A stretch of 64,000 nt of DNA from Prevotella sp. (GTDB lineage: Bacteria > Bacteroidota > Bacteroidia > Bacteroidales > Bacteroidaceae), in contig JAIKZG010000015.1 of NCBI GenBank assembly GCA_024682415.1, forward strand, positions 3,519 through 67,518, given 5' to 3'. The notes under the pieces were generated by a model. That model was not told the origin of the DNA and did not search any database. It saw only the letters and a program-made list of their open reading frames with translations. The position numbers were made by a program, and so were the translations under genes. Positions 41,429 through 52,496 of the stretch are shown in pieces. Within the stretch, counting starts at the first letter, position 1; each line of letters begins with the position of its first letter.

Positions 41429-42376
41429 ATGAGAAAATATTTATTATTATTAATTTGTGCGATTTTATCTATGTCGTGCAAGGCACAGAGTATTTCTGCT
41501 GATACGCTTATGAAATACAAATGGGATATTGTGGTTCCTAATTTCAAGCAATATGGTCAAGATAAGACTGTAACTTTTGATAAAACAAGAACATACAATC
41601 GCAGTCACTTTAAAAGAACAAATAGTAATGGCGAAATAATAGAAAGAAGTGCTACAACCACACAAATGTACTATCTTTCTAATGATAAACCAACTAAATT
41701 TGACGATGACAAAGTTGGGAAAACGTCATCTGGAAAATATATTATTACACTTTCCAGATGGGAAGAGGAAGGCGTACTTAAAAGAAACGTAAATTACCAT
41801 GAAATAATTGCTGTAACTGATAGCACAATAACAATGATATATCCATTGGGAGACACTTTTGTTTATAAAAAAATAAGCAGTGAAAATAAGATAAATCCAT
41901 TGCTTAATAAAAAATTCCAAGGCAGTCCACAGAAGACTATATCGGCTTTCTATGACTCATTTGTTTGGGGTAACGAGAAATTTGACGAAAATGTAGGAAG
42001 GATGTGCTGTACCTCTAAACTACTTCAAAGACTCAATATTTCTAACGCTAATATTTCCAGCCCTAATCATTACACGATAGAAAATTTCTCGCTGACGAAG
42101 AATCTGGCACTTCAAAATAACGAAAAACTAGAACCAAGACAAATAAACCATATAGAGCCAACAAGCTATGACTGGTATATTGTTGAATTGGAGGAATACG
42201 GATATCATGGAACTATTAAGATAAAGATTATAAAATCTGATTCTAATTATCTTATTGACGACTATTTATGGATAGATAAAGCATCAAAAGAAAGTGATGA
42301 TAAGAATGGGTTTGCAAGAAATAAGGATGGTAAACCATATATACCAGATAAAAGGTTGCCTATTCCTAACGACTAA
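41429..42376 (+). CDS. Hypothetical exported protein, AT-rich
   Basis: 315-aa ORF with signal peptide (MRKYLLLLICAILSMSCKAQ), followed by a terminator-like hairpin at about 42402-42438. Confidence 0.75.
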   Translation: MRKYLLLLICAILSMSCKAQSISADTLMKYKWDIVVPNFKQYGQDKTVTFDKTRTYNRSHFKRTNSNGEIIERSATTTQMYYLSNDKPTKFDDDKVGKTSSGKYIITLSRWEEEGVLKRNVNYHEIIAVTDSTITMIYPLGDTFVYKKISSENKINPLLNKKFQGSPQKTISAFYDSFVWGNEKFDENVGRMCCTSKLLQRLNISNANISSPNHYTIENFSLTKNLALQNNEKLEPRQINHIEPTSYDWYIVELEEYGYHGTIKIKIIKSDSNYLIDDYLWIDKASKESDDKNGFARNKDGKPYIPDKRLPIPND

Positions 42377-42472
42377 AACAATGTCATAAATAGACATTCT
42401 GAAAATGGGGTACTTTAATGTAGACGTACCTCATTTTTGTTTATCTTATTTAAAGCTCAACTATTATTTATA

Positions 42473-42503
42473 ATATAGCGATTTCCACGCAGAAATGCTA
42501 TAT
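42473..42503. repeat. Solitary array-B-like palindromic unit
   Basis: ATATAGCGATTTCCACGCAGAAATGCTATAT; 16-mer ATTTCCACGCAGAAAT at 42481-42496 is identical to 40777-40792. Confidence 0.8.
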
Positions 42504-42618
42504 GTAGCTAATTCTCAACGCTGTTTACTGCATGATTTAGCTATTATTATGCTCATGATGTTTGGCGGTGACATATTTTTTAGTACCTTTGCACCCGCGA
42601 ATTCAGAATAACAACATA

Positions 42619-43401
42619 ATGATCAAAGCATTATTTTTCGATATCGACGGAACTCTGGTGAGTTTTAAAAGCCACGAAATCCCCGAATCAACAGTCAGAG
42701 CGCTGGAAAAGGCAAAGGAAAACGGAATAAGGATATATATATCAACGGGACGACCAATCCCTTTTATCACAAACATTGATCAGATAAAACATCTTGTAGA
42801 TGGATATATCACAACCAACGGCGGATATTGCTTCGTAGGCAATAGCATCGTCTGCATCAACGCTATTCCGAAAAATGATGTGGAGACATTGCTTGAGTTG
42901 AGCGACAACTGCAAATTTCCGGTGATACTCGTAGGACAGCGAAAAATAACTGTTGTGAATACCAATCCTCTTGTTAATGAGATATTCGTGGAGAATCTGA
43001 AGGTGCACAGCGACGCTATGGGCGACTCGCTTGAAGAGGTGCTTGCCGAGCCTATATTGCAGGCAACGGCATTCCTCGGCGCTGAGGAGCAGCAGATTGT
43101 AATGTCGAGACTTGCTGGCTGCATAAGCGGCAGATGGCATCAGGACTTCACCGACATCACTTCTACTTATGCAGATAAGGGCAAGGGCCTTCAGGCGATA
43201 GCTGCCCACGAGGATTTGCTCCTCTCTAATTGCATGGCATTCGGCGACGGCGGCAACGACATAAGCATAATAAAAGCTGCTGGAGTGGGCGTGGCAATGG
43301 GCAACGCAGGCGACGATGTGAAGTTTGTGGCCGACTATATAACAACTTCGGTAGACGAAGACGGCATTGCCAACGCTTTGAAACATTACGGAGTGATTTA
43401 G
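42619..43401 (+). CDS. Cof-type HAD-IIB hydrolase
   Basis: Start MIKALFFDIDGTL; ISTGRP, ITTNGG, AFGDGGND, GVAMGNA. Confidence 0.93.
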   Translation: MIKALFFDIDGTLVSFKSHEIPESTVRALEKAKENGIRIYISTGRPIPFITNIDQIKHLVDGYITTNGGYCFVGNSIVCINAIPKNDVETLLELSDNCKFPVILVGQRKITVVNTNPLVNEIFVENLKVHSDAMGDSLEEVLAEPILQATAFLGAEEQQIVMSRLAGCISGRWHQDFTDITSTYADKGKGLQAIAAHEDLLLSNCMAFGDGGNDISIIKAAGVGVAMGNAGDDVKFVADYITTSVDEDGIANALKHYGVI

Positions 43402-43636
43402 CGAAATTAGCTGAATATCGCGAATTTGAAAAAGAAATAAAAATAAATCAGATTTCCCGAAAGGGATTTTTGAAATTCTCAATAAACTTTAGGTAGAGAG
43501 TGGGGTGGTGCCCACTCTTTTTTTGTTTATTTGTTTTGGCGTTGTGCCACATATTTCTTAACTTTGCCAAAAGATGGGCGCAAATCATGCGCGCTATCAG
43601 AAAATTAAAGAGATATAACTCATCATAAACAATTAT

Positions 43637-44860
43637 ATGAATTTAACAGAACGATTTCTAAACTACACAAAGTTTGATACACAGTCGGCTGAAGACTCCG
43701 AAACGGTGCCCAGCACCTCCAAGCAGCTTGTCTTCGCCAAATATTTAAAGGAAGAGCTTGAAAGAGAGGGATTGTCGGACGTGGAGATGGACGACAAAGG
43801 CTATATCTATGCTACATTGAAATCTAACTCAAAGAAGAATATTCCTACCATAGGATTTATTTCCCACTACGATACAAGCATGGACTGTTCGGGTGCCGAC
43901 ATAAAACCACGTATTGTGGAAAACTATGACGGCGGCGACATCGTGCTTTCTGAAGGCATCGTGTCTTCACCTTCAAAATTCCCTGAGCTGCTTGAGCATA
44001 AGGGGGAAGACCTTATCGTGACCGACGGCACTACACTGCTCGGCGCTGACGATAAGGCTGGCATTGCCGAGATTGTTGAGGCTATGTGTTATCTTCGCGA
44101 CCACAGCGAGATTGAGCATGGCGATATTCGCGTAGGCTTCAATCCCGACGAGGAGATAGGCATGGGCGCGCATCATTTTGATGTGGAGAAATTCGGCTGC
44201 CAGTGGGCTTACACAATGGACGGCGGCGACATCGGCGACCTGGAATATGAAAATTTCAACGCAGCAGGCGCGAAGATATTCATCAAGGGCATGAGCGTAC
44301 ACACAGGCTACGCGAAGGGCAAGATGATAAACGCAAGCCGACTGGCGTGTGAGTTTAACAACATGATACCGGAAACGGATATTCCTGAAACTACGGAGGG
44401 CTATCAGGGTTTCTATCATCTGCTTGGCATAGAGAGCCGTTGCGAGGAAGCAAAGCTGAGCTATATCATCCGCGATCACGACAAGGCAAAGTTTGAGGCT
44501 CGCAAGGATTTCATTGAGGAATGCGTAAAAGCGCTCAACGATAAATATGGCGAGGGCACGGCACGTTGCGAGATGAAGGATCAATACTATAACATGAAGG
44601 AAAAGATAGATCCTAACATGCACGTAATCGACATCGTGCTCAAGGCGATGGCTGAGAGCGGTGTAGCTCCTAAGGTAGAACCTATCCGCGGTGGCACTGA
44701 TGGCGCGCAGCTATCGTTCAAGGGGCTGCCTTGCCCAAACATCTTCGCCGGAGGCGTAAACTTCCATGGACCTTATGAGTTTGTCTCTATACAGGTGATG
44801 GAGAAAGCCGTAAACGTGATAACAAAGATATGCGAGATAACTGCGCATTTCAACGACTAA
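43637..44860 (+). CDS. pepT: Peptidase T
   Basis: [36 protein letters not shown]. Confidence 0.96.
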   Translation: MNLTERFLNYTKFDTQSAEDSETVPSTSKQLVFAKYLKEELEREGLSDVEMDDKGYIYATLKSNSKKNIPTIGFISHYDTSMDCSGADIKPRIVENYDGGDIVLSEGIVSSPSKFPELLEHKGEDLIVTDGTTLLGADDKAGIAEIVEAMCYLRDHSEIEHGDIRVGFNPDEEIGMGAHHFDVEKFGCQWAYTMDGGDIGDLEYENFNAAGAKIFIKGMSVHTGYAKGKMINASRLACEFNNMIPETDIPETTEGYQGFYHLLGIESRCEEAKLSYIIRDHDKAKFEARKDFIEECVKALNDKYGEGTARCEMKDQYYNMKEKIDPNMHVIDIVLKAMAESGVAPKVEPIRGGTDGAQLSFKGLPCPNIFAGGVNFHGPYEFVSIQVMEKAVNVITKICEITAHFND

Positions 44861-44943
44861 AATATAACTGTAATTATATAATTAAGGGTGCTCCGAGTGT
44901 GCGCCCTTAATGCTTTTTAAATAATTCACCTAAAAGTCTTTAT

Positions 44944-47208
44944 ATGGGTTCATTGCCGCCACTTATAAGCGATTTGGCACTGATGCTTGTAGTAGCAGGC
45001 GTCGTGACGCTGATTTTTAAACGTCTTAATCAACCTCTTGTGCTGGGCTACCTGGTGGCAGGCTTTCTCGTAGGGCCTCACATGACCTATGCTCCCTCGG
45101 TGGTGGATCAGGCTGACGTGCAGACATGGGCAGACATCGGAGTTATGTTCCTCTTGTTTTCGCTTGGTCTTGATTTCTCTTTCAAAAAGATAATAAAGAT
45201 GGGCGCGGCGCCTTTCATCGCTGCCTTCACCATCATCTTTTTCATGATGTCGCTCGGTATCTTCGTGGGGCATGGCTTCGGGTGGAGCAAAATGGACAGC
45301 ATATTCCTTGGCGGTATGCTCGCCATGAGTTCCACTACCATTATATATAAGGCGTTTAACGATATGGGACTGCGCTCTCAGCAGTTTGCCGGACTCGTGA
45401 TGAGCGTGCTCATTCTGGAAGACATTCTGGCCATCGTGCTTATGGTGATGCTTTCATCGTTTGCGCGTGGCTCAGCCGACAGTGAGCAGTTGCTTGGCTC
45501 TGTGCTTCGCATCATGTTCTTCCTCGTGCTGTGGTTTGTGGTGGGATTATTCCTTATTCCGCTTTTCTTGCGCTCGTGCCGCAAGCTGATAAACGATGAG
45601 ACTTTGCTTATCGTGGCTCTCGGCTTGTGCTGCTTCATGGCTGTGGTGTCTACAAGCGTGGGGTTCAGCTCGGCGTTCGGAGCTTTCGTAATGGGAAGCA
45701 TTTTGGCAGAAACGATAGAGGCTGAAAAGATAATAAAGCTCGTAGAGCCTGTGAAAAACCTATTCGGGGCAATATTCTTCGTGTCGGTGGGAATGCTCGT
45801 AGACCCTAAAATCCTGGCAGAGTATTCATCGCCTATATTCGTGCTCGTGCTTACTATTCTGATAGGTCAGGCAGTGTGTGGCACGTTTGGATATATGCTC
45901 AGCGGTCAGCCTCTCGCGAGTGCTATGCGCTGCGGTTTCTCCATGGCTCAGATAGGTGAGTTTTCATTTATCATCGCTTCCATGGGATTGTCGTTGGGCG
46001 TGATAAGCGAGTTTTTGTATCCAGTGGTTGTTGCCGTTTCGGTGATAACTACATTCCTCACTCCTTATATGATACGCCTTGCCACGCCTACATATAGCGT
46101 GCTTAGCCGACGTCTGCCAGCGCCTACGATGAAATGGCTCGACAACATTTCTTCGGGTGGAGCGATAGCGCATTCTGATGAGGATAACACATGGAGTCAT
46201 CTGTTGCGCTCTGTCTGCATGAGCGTAGCCGTTTATTCCATTCTTTCCATAGCGGTGATATTCCTTATGTTTACGTTCTTTCTGCCTTTCATCCGCACCG
46301 TCATGGGGCAGGATTTGCATTGGTGGGCGAATGGCATCTGCGGAGTGCTCACCGTTGGGTTTATCTCGCCATTCCTCCGCTCATTGGTGATGAAGAAGGC
46401 GAGGGGAAGAGATGTTCACAAGCTTTGGCGCAGCAAGCGCAATCGCGCCCCTATCATGTTTATGACCTTTGTGAGATTTCTCATCGCGATAGCATTCCTG
46501 TTTTATATCTGCAACTATCTCTCACGCATCAAAAACGCGCTTATCATCACGCTTGCCGTGGTGGTGGTGATAATGATGGTGCTCAGCCGCACGCTAAAGG
46601 CTCGCAGCATAAGGATGGAACGCATATTCAAGGACAACCTTCGCTCTAAGGATATTCAGGCGGTGGCATTGGGAAAGAGCAAGCCTAAATATGCTGCCAA
46701 TCTGCTCGACAGAAATGTGCATATCGCTACATTCCAAGTGCCTGAAAACAGCGTGTGGGCAGGCAAAACTCTGCGCGAGCTGAATTTGGGTAAACGCTTC
46801 GGTGTGCATATCAGCAGCGTGCTCAGGGGCAACAGACGCATGAACATTCCGAATGGTGAAACAGTGATTTTTCCACTCGACAAGATAGAAGCCATCGGCA
46901 GCGATGAGCAGCTCACCGTGTTCGACGGAGCTTTGGAAAAAGACGTGTATGGCGACGATACAGAGATAGAACGCCATGAAATGCAGCTTTATCAGTTGCA
47001 GGTAGCGCAAGATAGTCCGTTGGTGGGGAAGACTCTCGACGAGAGCGGAATCCGTGATAAATACGACTGCATGGTGGTGGGACTTGAGGAAGGCAAAAAG
47101 GATTTGTCGCCCGTGCGCCCACAGCGCAAGTTTAAGCAGAGCGACATAATATGGCTCGTGGGAGAGGAAAACTCGTTCAGAGAACTGAAAAAATATAATG
47201 GTGTATGA
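44944..47208 (+). CDS. CPA2 cation:proton antiporter with two TrkA-C domains
   Basis: GYLVAGFLVGP, MSSTTII, LILEDI, FFVSVGM, AQIGEFSFII; C-terminal RCK_C repeats. Confidence 0.9.
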   Translation: MGSLPPLISDLALMLVVAGVVTLIFKRLNQPLVLGYLVAGFLVGPHMTYAPSVVDQADVQTWADIGVMFLLFSLGLDFSFKKIIKMGAAPFIAAFTIIFFMMSLGIFVGHGFGWSKMDSIFLGGMLAMSSTTIIYKAFNDMGLRSQQFAGLVMSVLILEDILAIVLMVMLSSFARGSADSEQLLGSVLRIMFFLVLWFVVGLFLIPLFLRSCRKLINDETLLIVALGLCCFMAVVSTSVGFSSAFGAFVMGSILAETIEAEKIIKLVEPVKNLFGAIFFVSVGMLVDPKILAEYSSPIFVLVLTILIGQAVCGTFGYMLSGQPLASAMRCGFSMAQIGEFSFIIASMGLSLGVISEFLYPVVVAVSVITTFLTPYMIRLATPTYSVLSRRLPAPTMKWLDNISSGGAIAHSDEDNTWSHLLRSVCMSVAVYSILSIAVIFLMFTFFLPFIRTVMGQDLHWWANGICGVLTVGFISPFLRSLVMKKARGRDVHKLWRSKRNRAPIMFMTFVRFLIAIAFLFYICNYLSRIKNALIITLAVVVVIMMVLSRTLKARSIRMERIFKDNLRSKDIQAVALGKSKPKYAANLLDRNVHIATFQVPENSVWAGKTLRELNLGKRFGVHISSVLRGNRRMNIPNGETVIFPLDKIEAIGSDEQLTVFDGALEKDVYGDDTEIERHEMQLYQLQVAQDSPLVGKTLDESGIRDKYDCMVVGLEEGKKDLSPVRPQRKFKQSDIIWLVGEENSFRELKKYNGV

Positions 47209-47225
47209 AGAAAATATCATAACGT

Positions 47226-49457
47226 ATGAAAAAACTATTACTGTCTATTTATCTTTTGATGTGTGGCTTGGCTTTGTCGGCTCAGTCGCCGACGGAGGGC
47301 AAAATCACCACTGAATATAAGGGTGAGAAAGCCATGATGCAGACTTGTCTTGATATGCTCGGCAAGTTTACTCCTTACATGAAGAGCATATATAATAAGG
47401 ATGGAGGATATTTTAAAGCCATTTCTGCCGGAATGAGTAATGAGGACGGAGTGCGCACCAATGCCGACATGGCTATGATATGTGCCTTTTTGTGTCATGA
47501 AAAGGCTAACGCAAAGAACGGATTGCGCGTGTCTTCGGCTGTGCCTTTGGCTGAGCTTAGAAGCATGGCTCTCTCTGCCTTGCGTTATGGATATGCCACG
47601 CATATTGCCAACAGGCTGAAGACAGCTACGGATAAGAAATACTGGGGCAGCAAGGATAAAAGATATGTTTGGGAAAGCTCGCTTTGGACAATGAGCTTGG
47701 CTTATGCAGCTTATTTCCTGAATGATAATCTTACAGCGGAAGACAAATCATATATAGAGAAAATGATAGCTGCTGAGGCTGATTACGATATGCGTCGTGA
47801 AGTGCCGACAGGCTATAAGGGCGATACCAAGGCTGAGGAAAATGGATGGGAAACGAATGTGCTGAGCGTGGCTTGCGCAATGTATCCCGATGCCGTGAAC
47901 GCAAAGGCATGGTATGAGAAGATGAAGCTATTCGCAAGCAACTGCTATTCTGTGGCTGCCGACGCTGCTGACGAAACAATGGTGGGCGGAAAGATGGCTA
48001 AAGAATGGTATAAGGGGGCAAACCTTTATGATGATTACACTTTGCAGAATCATAATTATTTCCACACTTCTTATCAGAATGCTCCTATTCAGGAGCTTGC
48101 CGAGAGTTATCTTGCGCTGAAAATGATGCAGGGCAGAAAGATGAAGTTTGCTCCTTGTGATAATCTGCTGTGGAATTTCACGCCTGTATTCAATAATGTG
48201 TTGAAACAATTAGCTCTTGCCGACGGCGAGCTGGCAATGCCAAATGGCAACGACTGGAGCTTGTTCCTTTATGATCAGTTGCCTTCTTACACAGCGATGT
48301 CTACGCTGAAAGGTGATGCCGACGCGCTGATGCTTGAAAACATGGCGCTGAAATATATGGAGGCTCGCCAGACAACGACTGCCGATGGTGCGTGGATGCA
48401 GCGTTCCGATATTGGCCCTCGAAGAATGGGCGTAACGGCTCATAGAGTGATGATGGCTTACTTGCTGCATAAGTTCTTCCCAATAGGAAAGATGAAGCCT
48501 ACTGCATGGAATGATTTTCAGAAGCGCCATGCCAAAACGGTGCTTTTCGATTCTCAGAAGTTGATAAGAAGCATGAGCAAGGAGCGCTTCGCTTGCTTCT
48601 CTGCCAGCGACGGACTGAAAAACTATACCGGAATAGTAGTGCCTTGCTCGCCCGACAAAAATAAGATAATGGTGCCTTATAAGAGTAAGGGCACGGGCAA
48701 TCTCTTAGGCTATTACGACAAGCGACCAGTGGTGCGCAAAGGTATGCTGAATTTCGTGAAGGGCGAAAACGACTGGAGCGTAAACGGACAGCTCTCTATC
48801 GACGTGATGAAGGATTTCAAGCGTGCGTTCTCCATTTATGCCTCGCCATGCAATGCCTTTGTGGTAATCGACGGTTTGGAAAGCGATGAGCCTGTTACAG
48901 TTTCGCAGGAGCAGACTGGGCTTTCCGCTATCTCTGTGGACTCTTTCTTTAACGCTGTGCGCACAATATATTATGGCGATGAGGTAGGGAAGATAGAACA
49001 TTTCAGCAGCGATGCTTCCGAGCCTACCTGTTTCGACAGCCATTGGGCAAATGTGGATAATGAAATGGGCGTGGTGTGCACCAACGAGAAAAACAGAATG
49101 TGCTTCGGATATAAGGACGACAATAATTCAATTCTTACCGCCAAACTTTATGCGTCGGTAGCTGATACGGCGTGCGTGGTATATAGTAAGCCGAGTCATC
49201 TTCGCGCTACTATATGGTATTGCAACGTAACGGCAGAGCGGACAAAGAGCCTTGCTGAAAGAGTAGAGGTGGTAGACGATTTGCCGGAGGGATGGTATGG
49301 AGTGGTAGTGCCCGATACCGATGGAAAAGAATATGTAGTAATAGCTAATTTATTTGGAAAATCAAATAACGCGATGATAAATGTAAGAGGAAAAGCTGTT
49401 AAATGTCATATTGAAAGAAAACAAAGCTATTTTGCTTGCATTTCTTCGTTAAATTAG
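47226..49457 (+). CDS. Conserved hypothetical secreted protein (possible polysaccharide-lyase-like fold)
   Basis: 743 aa, signal peptide, helical N-half with GDTKAEENGWE and LQNHNYFHTSYQ, beta-rich C-half. Confidence 0.7.
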   Translation: MKKLLLSIYLLMCGLALSAQSPTEGKITTEYKGEKAMMQTCLDMLGKFTPYMKSIYNKDGGYFKAISAGMSNEDGVRTNADMAMICAFLCHEKANAKNGLRVSSAVPLAELRSMALSALRYGYATHIANRLKTATDKKYWGSKDKRYVWESSLWTMSLAYAAYFLNDNLTAEDKSYIEKMIAAEADYDMRREVPTGYKGDTKAEENGWETNVLSVACAMYPDAVNAKAWYEKMKLFASNCYSVAADAADETMVGGKMAKEWYKGANLYDDYTLQNHNYFHTSYQNAPIQELAESYLALKMMQGRKMKFAPCDNLLWNFTPVFNNVLKQLALADGELAMPNGNDWSLFLYDQLPSYTAMSTLKGDADALMLENMALKYMEARQTTTADGAWMQRSDIGPRRMGVTAHRVMMAYLLHKFFPIGKMKPTAWNDFQKRHAKTVLFDSQKLIRSMSKERFACFSASDGLKNYTGIVVPCSPDKNKIMVPYKSKGTGNLLGYYDKRPVVRKGMLNFVKGENDWSVNGQLSIDVMKDFKRAFSIYASPCNAFVVIDGLESDEPVTVSQEQTGLSAISVDSFFNAVRTIYYGDEVGKIEHFSSDASEPTCFDSHWANVDNEMGVVCTNEKNRMCFGYKDDNNSILTAKLYASVADTACVVYSKPSHLRATIWYCNVTAERTKSLAERVEVVDDLPEGWYGVVVPDTDGKEYVVIANLFGKSNNAMINVRGKAVKCHIERKQSYFACISSLN

Positions 49458-49553
49458 TAAAATAAGATAACTTTTTGTTTGTGTTTCGATAATTAGTCGT
49501 ATCTTTGTGCCTGCAATAACGCAACACAACACACAAAGATTTTATTAGAAAAC

Positions 49554-50591
49554 ATGAGTAAACTGATTAAACCTTTAGATTACAAGGCTCTGCTCGACAT
49601 GAAACAGACAGAGCAGGGTATCAAACTTATTAAAGAGTTCTTCCAGGCAAACCTTTCTACAGAACTGCGCCTGCGACGTGTTACCGCACCGCTGTTCGTG
49701 CTCAAAGGTCTGGGTATCAACGACGACCTTAACGGCGTGGAGCGTCCTGTTTCTTTCCCTATCAAGGATTTGGGAGATAAGGAAGCAGAAGTGGTGCATT
49801 CTCTCGCCAAGTGGAAAAGACTTACCTTGGCTGAATACGACATTCAGCCTGATTACGGCATTTATACTGATATGAATGCTATTCGTGCCGACGAGGAACT
49901 TGACAATCTGCACTCTCTTTATGTGGATCAGTGGGACTGGGAAGCGGTAATCACCAAGGAGGATCGCACTTTGGCTCATTTGAAGAATGTTGTGGAGCGT
50001 ATCTATTCCGCTATTCTCCGCACTGAATACCTCGTGTGCGAAACATATCCTCAATTGGAAGCATTCCTGCCTCGCAAGATACATTTCATTCATAGCGAGG
50101 AATTGCTCAGAATGTATCCCGACCTCACTCCTAAGGAGCGTGAGGACGCTATATGCAAGAAATATGGCGCTGTGTTCCTTATCGGTATCGGCGGAAAGCT
50201 GAGCGACGGAAAGAAGCACGACGGACGCGCCCCTGACTACGACGACTGGTCTACCGTGGCTGAAGACGGCAAGGCAGGTCTTAATGGTGACATCCTTATA
50301 TGGTATCCTGTGCTCGAACGTTCTTTTGAGCTTTCTTCTATGGGTATACGTGTAGACAAGGAGTCGCTTCTTCGCCAGCTCAAGATTGAGGGTAAGGAGG
50401 AGCGTGAGCGTCTTTATTTCCATCAGCAGCTGCTTAATGACAAATTGCCATTGAGCATTGGTGGTGGTATAGGTCAGAGCCGCCTTTGTATGATTTTGCT
50501 TCACAAGGCTCACATCGGAGAAATTCAGGCAAGTATATGGCCAGACGAAATGCGCAGAGAATGCGCTGAGCTGGGCATGCCGTTAATTTAA
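49554..50591 (+). CDS. asnA: Aspartate--ammonia ligase
   Basis: EVVHSLAKWKR, HSLYVDQWDWE, RAPDYDDW, ELSSMGIRV, SIGGGIGQSR. Confidence 0.97.
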   Translation: MSKLIKPLDYKALLDMKQTEQGIKLIKEFFQANLSTELRLRRVTAPLFVLKGLGINDDLNGVERPVSFPIKDLGDKEAEVVHSLAKWKRLTLAEYDIQPDYGIYTDMNAIRADEELDNLHSLYVDQWDWEAVITKEDRTLAHLKNVVERIYSAILRTEYLVCETYPQLEAFLPRKIHFIHSEELLRMYPDLTPKEREDAICKKYGAVFLIGIGGKLSDGKKHDGRAPDYDDWSTVAEDGKAGLNGDILIWYPVLERSFELSSMGIRVDKESLLRQLKIEGKEERERLYFHQQLLNDKLPLSIGGGIGQSRLCMILLHKAHIGEIQASIWPDEMRRECAELGMPLI

Positions 50592-50595
50592 TAAT

Positions 50596-51513
50596 ATGTG
50601 GTTAGTATTAGCATTTCTCTCAGCTGCGTTGCTGGGATTTTATGATTCTTTCAAGAAGCAGGCGCTTAACGGCAATGCGGTGATTCCCGTGTTGTTCTTT
50701 AATACGCTCTTCTGTTCTCTTATCTTCCTGCCGTTTATATTGCTGTCGGGATTTACTGATGTGCTCGACGGAAGCATATTCCATGTGGCATCGGGAGGCT
50801 GGGAAGTTCACAAATATGTTTTACTGAAAAGTGCTATAGTGCTTTCATCGTGGATATTCGGTTATTTCGCGATGAAGCACTTGCCGCTTACTATAGTTGG
50901 TCCGGTAAACGCCACTCGCCCTGTTATGGTGCTTGTGGGCGCTTTGCTGGTATTCGGCGAGAAGCTGAATGTGTATCAATGGATAGGTGTTATCCTTGCC
51001 ATTATCTCATTCTTTTTTCTCAGCAGAAGCGGAAAGAAGGAAGGCATCAACTTCAAACACGACAAGTGGGTGTATTTTCTTGTAGCGGCAGCGGTGATAG
51101 GAGCGGTGAGCGGTCTTTACGATAAGTATCTGCTTGCGCCAGTAGGCAATGGTGGAGTAGGGCTCGACAAAATGCTTGTGCAGAGCTGGTACAACATTTA
51201 TCAGTGCTTTATGATGCTCGCTGCCGTTGTATTCATGTGGTGGCCTACCCATAAGCACACCACGCCTTTTCATTGGTCGTGGTATATTGTGGGCGTGAGC
51301 GTTTTCCTTAGCATTGCCGATTTCGTTTATTTCTATGCGCTCAGCCTTGACGGAGCGATGATTTCCATCGTTTCCATGGTGCGCAGAGGTAGTGTGGTGG
51401 TGAGCTTCTTGTTCGGAGCGTTGGTGTTCCACGAAAAGAATCTCAAACGCAAGGCATTCGACTTGGCCCTTGTGCTGCTCGGATTGCTGTTCTTATGGAT
51501 AGGTTCTAACTAA
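50596..51513 (+). CDS. DMT/EamA family transporter
   Basis: About 10 TM segments in two EamA-like repeats. Confidence 0.85.
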   Translation: MWLVLAFLSAALLGFYDSFKKQALNGNAVIPVLFFNTLFCSLIFLPFILLSGFTDVLDGSIFHVASGGWEVHKYVLLKSAIVLSSWIFGYFAMKHLPLTIVGPVNATRPVMVLVGALLVFGEKLNVYQWIGVILAIISFFFLSRSGKKEGINFKHDKWVYFLVAAAVIGAVSGLYDKYLLAPVGNGGVGLDKMLVQSWYNIYQCFMMLAAVVFMWWPTHKHTTPFHWSWYIVGVSVFLSIADFVYFYALSLDGAMISIVSMVRRGSVVVSFLFGALVFHEKNLKRKAFDLALVLLGLLFLWIGSN

Positions 51514-51606
51514 TTATAAAATAAAAGGGGCAAAATGTTACTGTTTTGACATAAAAGTAGTAACTTTGCGCCTAATCTAAAAGTTTTAAAACGTTAAGTC
51601 TCTAAT

Positions 51607-52494
51607 ATGGCAAGAAATATTTTCAGAGGTCTTGGTATTGCCCTCGTAACTCCTTTTACAAGTGAAGGTGCTGTAGATTATGAAGCACTTGAGCATATTC
51701 TTGAGTATCAAATCGATAATGGAGCAGATTTCTTCTGCATCCTGGCTACAACTGGTGAGACTCCATGTCTTACGGTAGATGAGAAACGCAAGATAAAAAA
51801 TCTGGTGGTGGAGAAAAATCAGGGGCGTTTGCCAATCCTGTTGGGTATAGGCGGCAATAACACCGCTGCTGTCATTGAGGAAATTCAGAATACTGATTTG
51901 AGTGGTATTCAGGGTATCCTGAGCGTTTGTCCTTATTATAATAAGCCATCGCAGGAGGGACTTTATCAACATTTTAAAGCTATCGCCGAGGCAAGTCCGC
52001 TTCCTATCGTTCTTTATAATGTTCCGGGCAGAACGGGCGTGAACCTAAAGGCGGAAACTACCGTCCGTCTTGCCAACGACTGTGAGAATATCGTGGCAAT
52101 AAAAGAGGCAAGTGGAAGTCTGGAGCAAGTGGATGAGATAATAAAGAATAAGCCAGAGCGTTTTGATGTAATCAGTGGCGACGACGCGCTTACATTCTCA
52201 ATGGTAGCGAGTGGCGCAGCCGGTGTCATTTCAGTTATCGGCAATGCTCTGCCAAAGGAATTTTCTCGTATGATTCGTTTGGAATTCAACGGAGAATATG
52301 AACCTGCCCGCAAGATTCATCATACGTTTACCGAGCTTTACAGCTTGCTCTTTGTGGATGGTAATCCGGCAGGCGTAAAAGCTTTGCTTTCTGAGATGGG
52401 CATGATTAAGAATGTGTTAAGATTGCCGCTCGTTCCTACTACTATCACCACAAAGCAGAAGATGGCTGATATCTTGAAGCGTCTTCAGAGATAA
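51607..52494 (+). CDS. dapA: 4-hydroxy-tetrahydrodipicolinate synthase
   Basis: ALVTPF, ATTGE, PYYNKPSQEG, LYNVPGRTG, AIKEASG, SGDD. Confidence 0.96.
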   Translation: MARNIFRGLGIALVTPFTSEGAVDYEALEHILEYQIDNGADFFCILATTGETPCLTVDEKRKIKNLVVEKNQGRLPILLGIGGNNTAAVIEEIQNTDLSGIQGILSVCPYYNKPSQEGLYQHFKAIAEASPLPIVLYNVPGRTGVNLKAETTVRLANDCENIVAIKEASGSLEQVDEIIKNKPERFDVISGDDALTFSMVASGAAGVISVIGNALPKEFSRMIRLEFNGEYEPARKIHHTFTELYSLLFVDGNPAGVKALLSEMGMIKNVLRLPLVPTTITTKQKMADILKRLQR

Positions 52495-52496
52495 TA

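Noticed and set aside
49575-50513. 312-aa antisense ORF over asnA
   Set aside because: Shadow frame caused by the codon bias of a conserved gene; no recognisable motifs.
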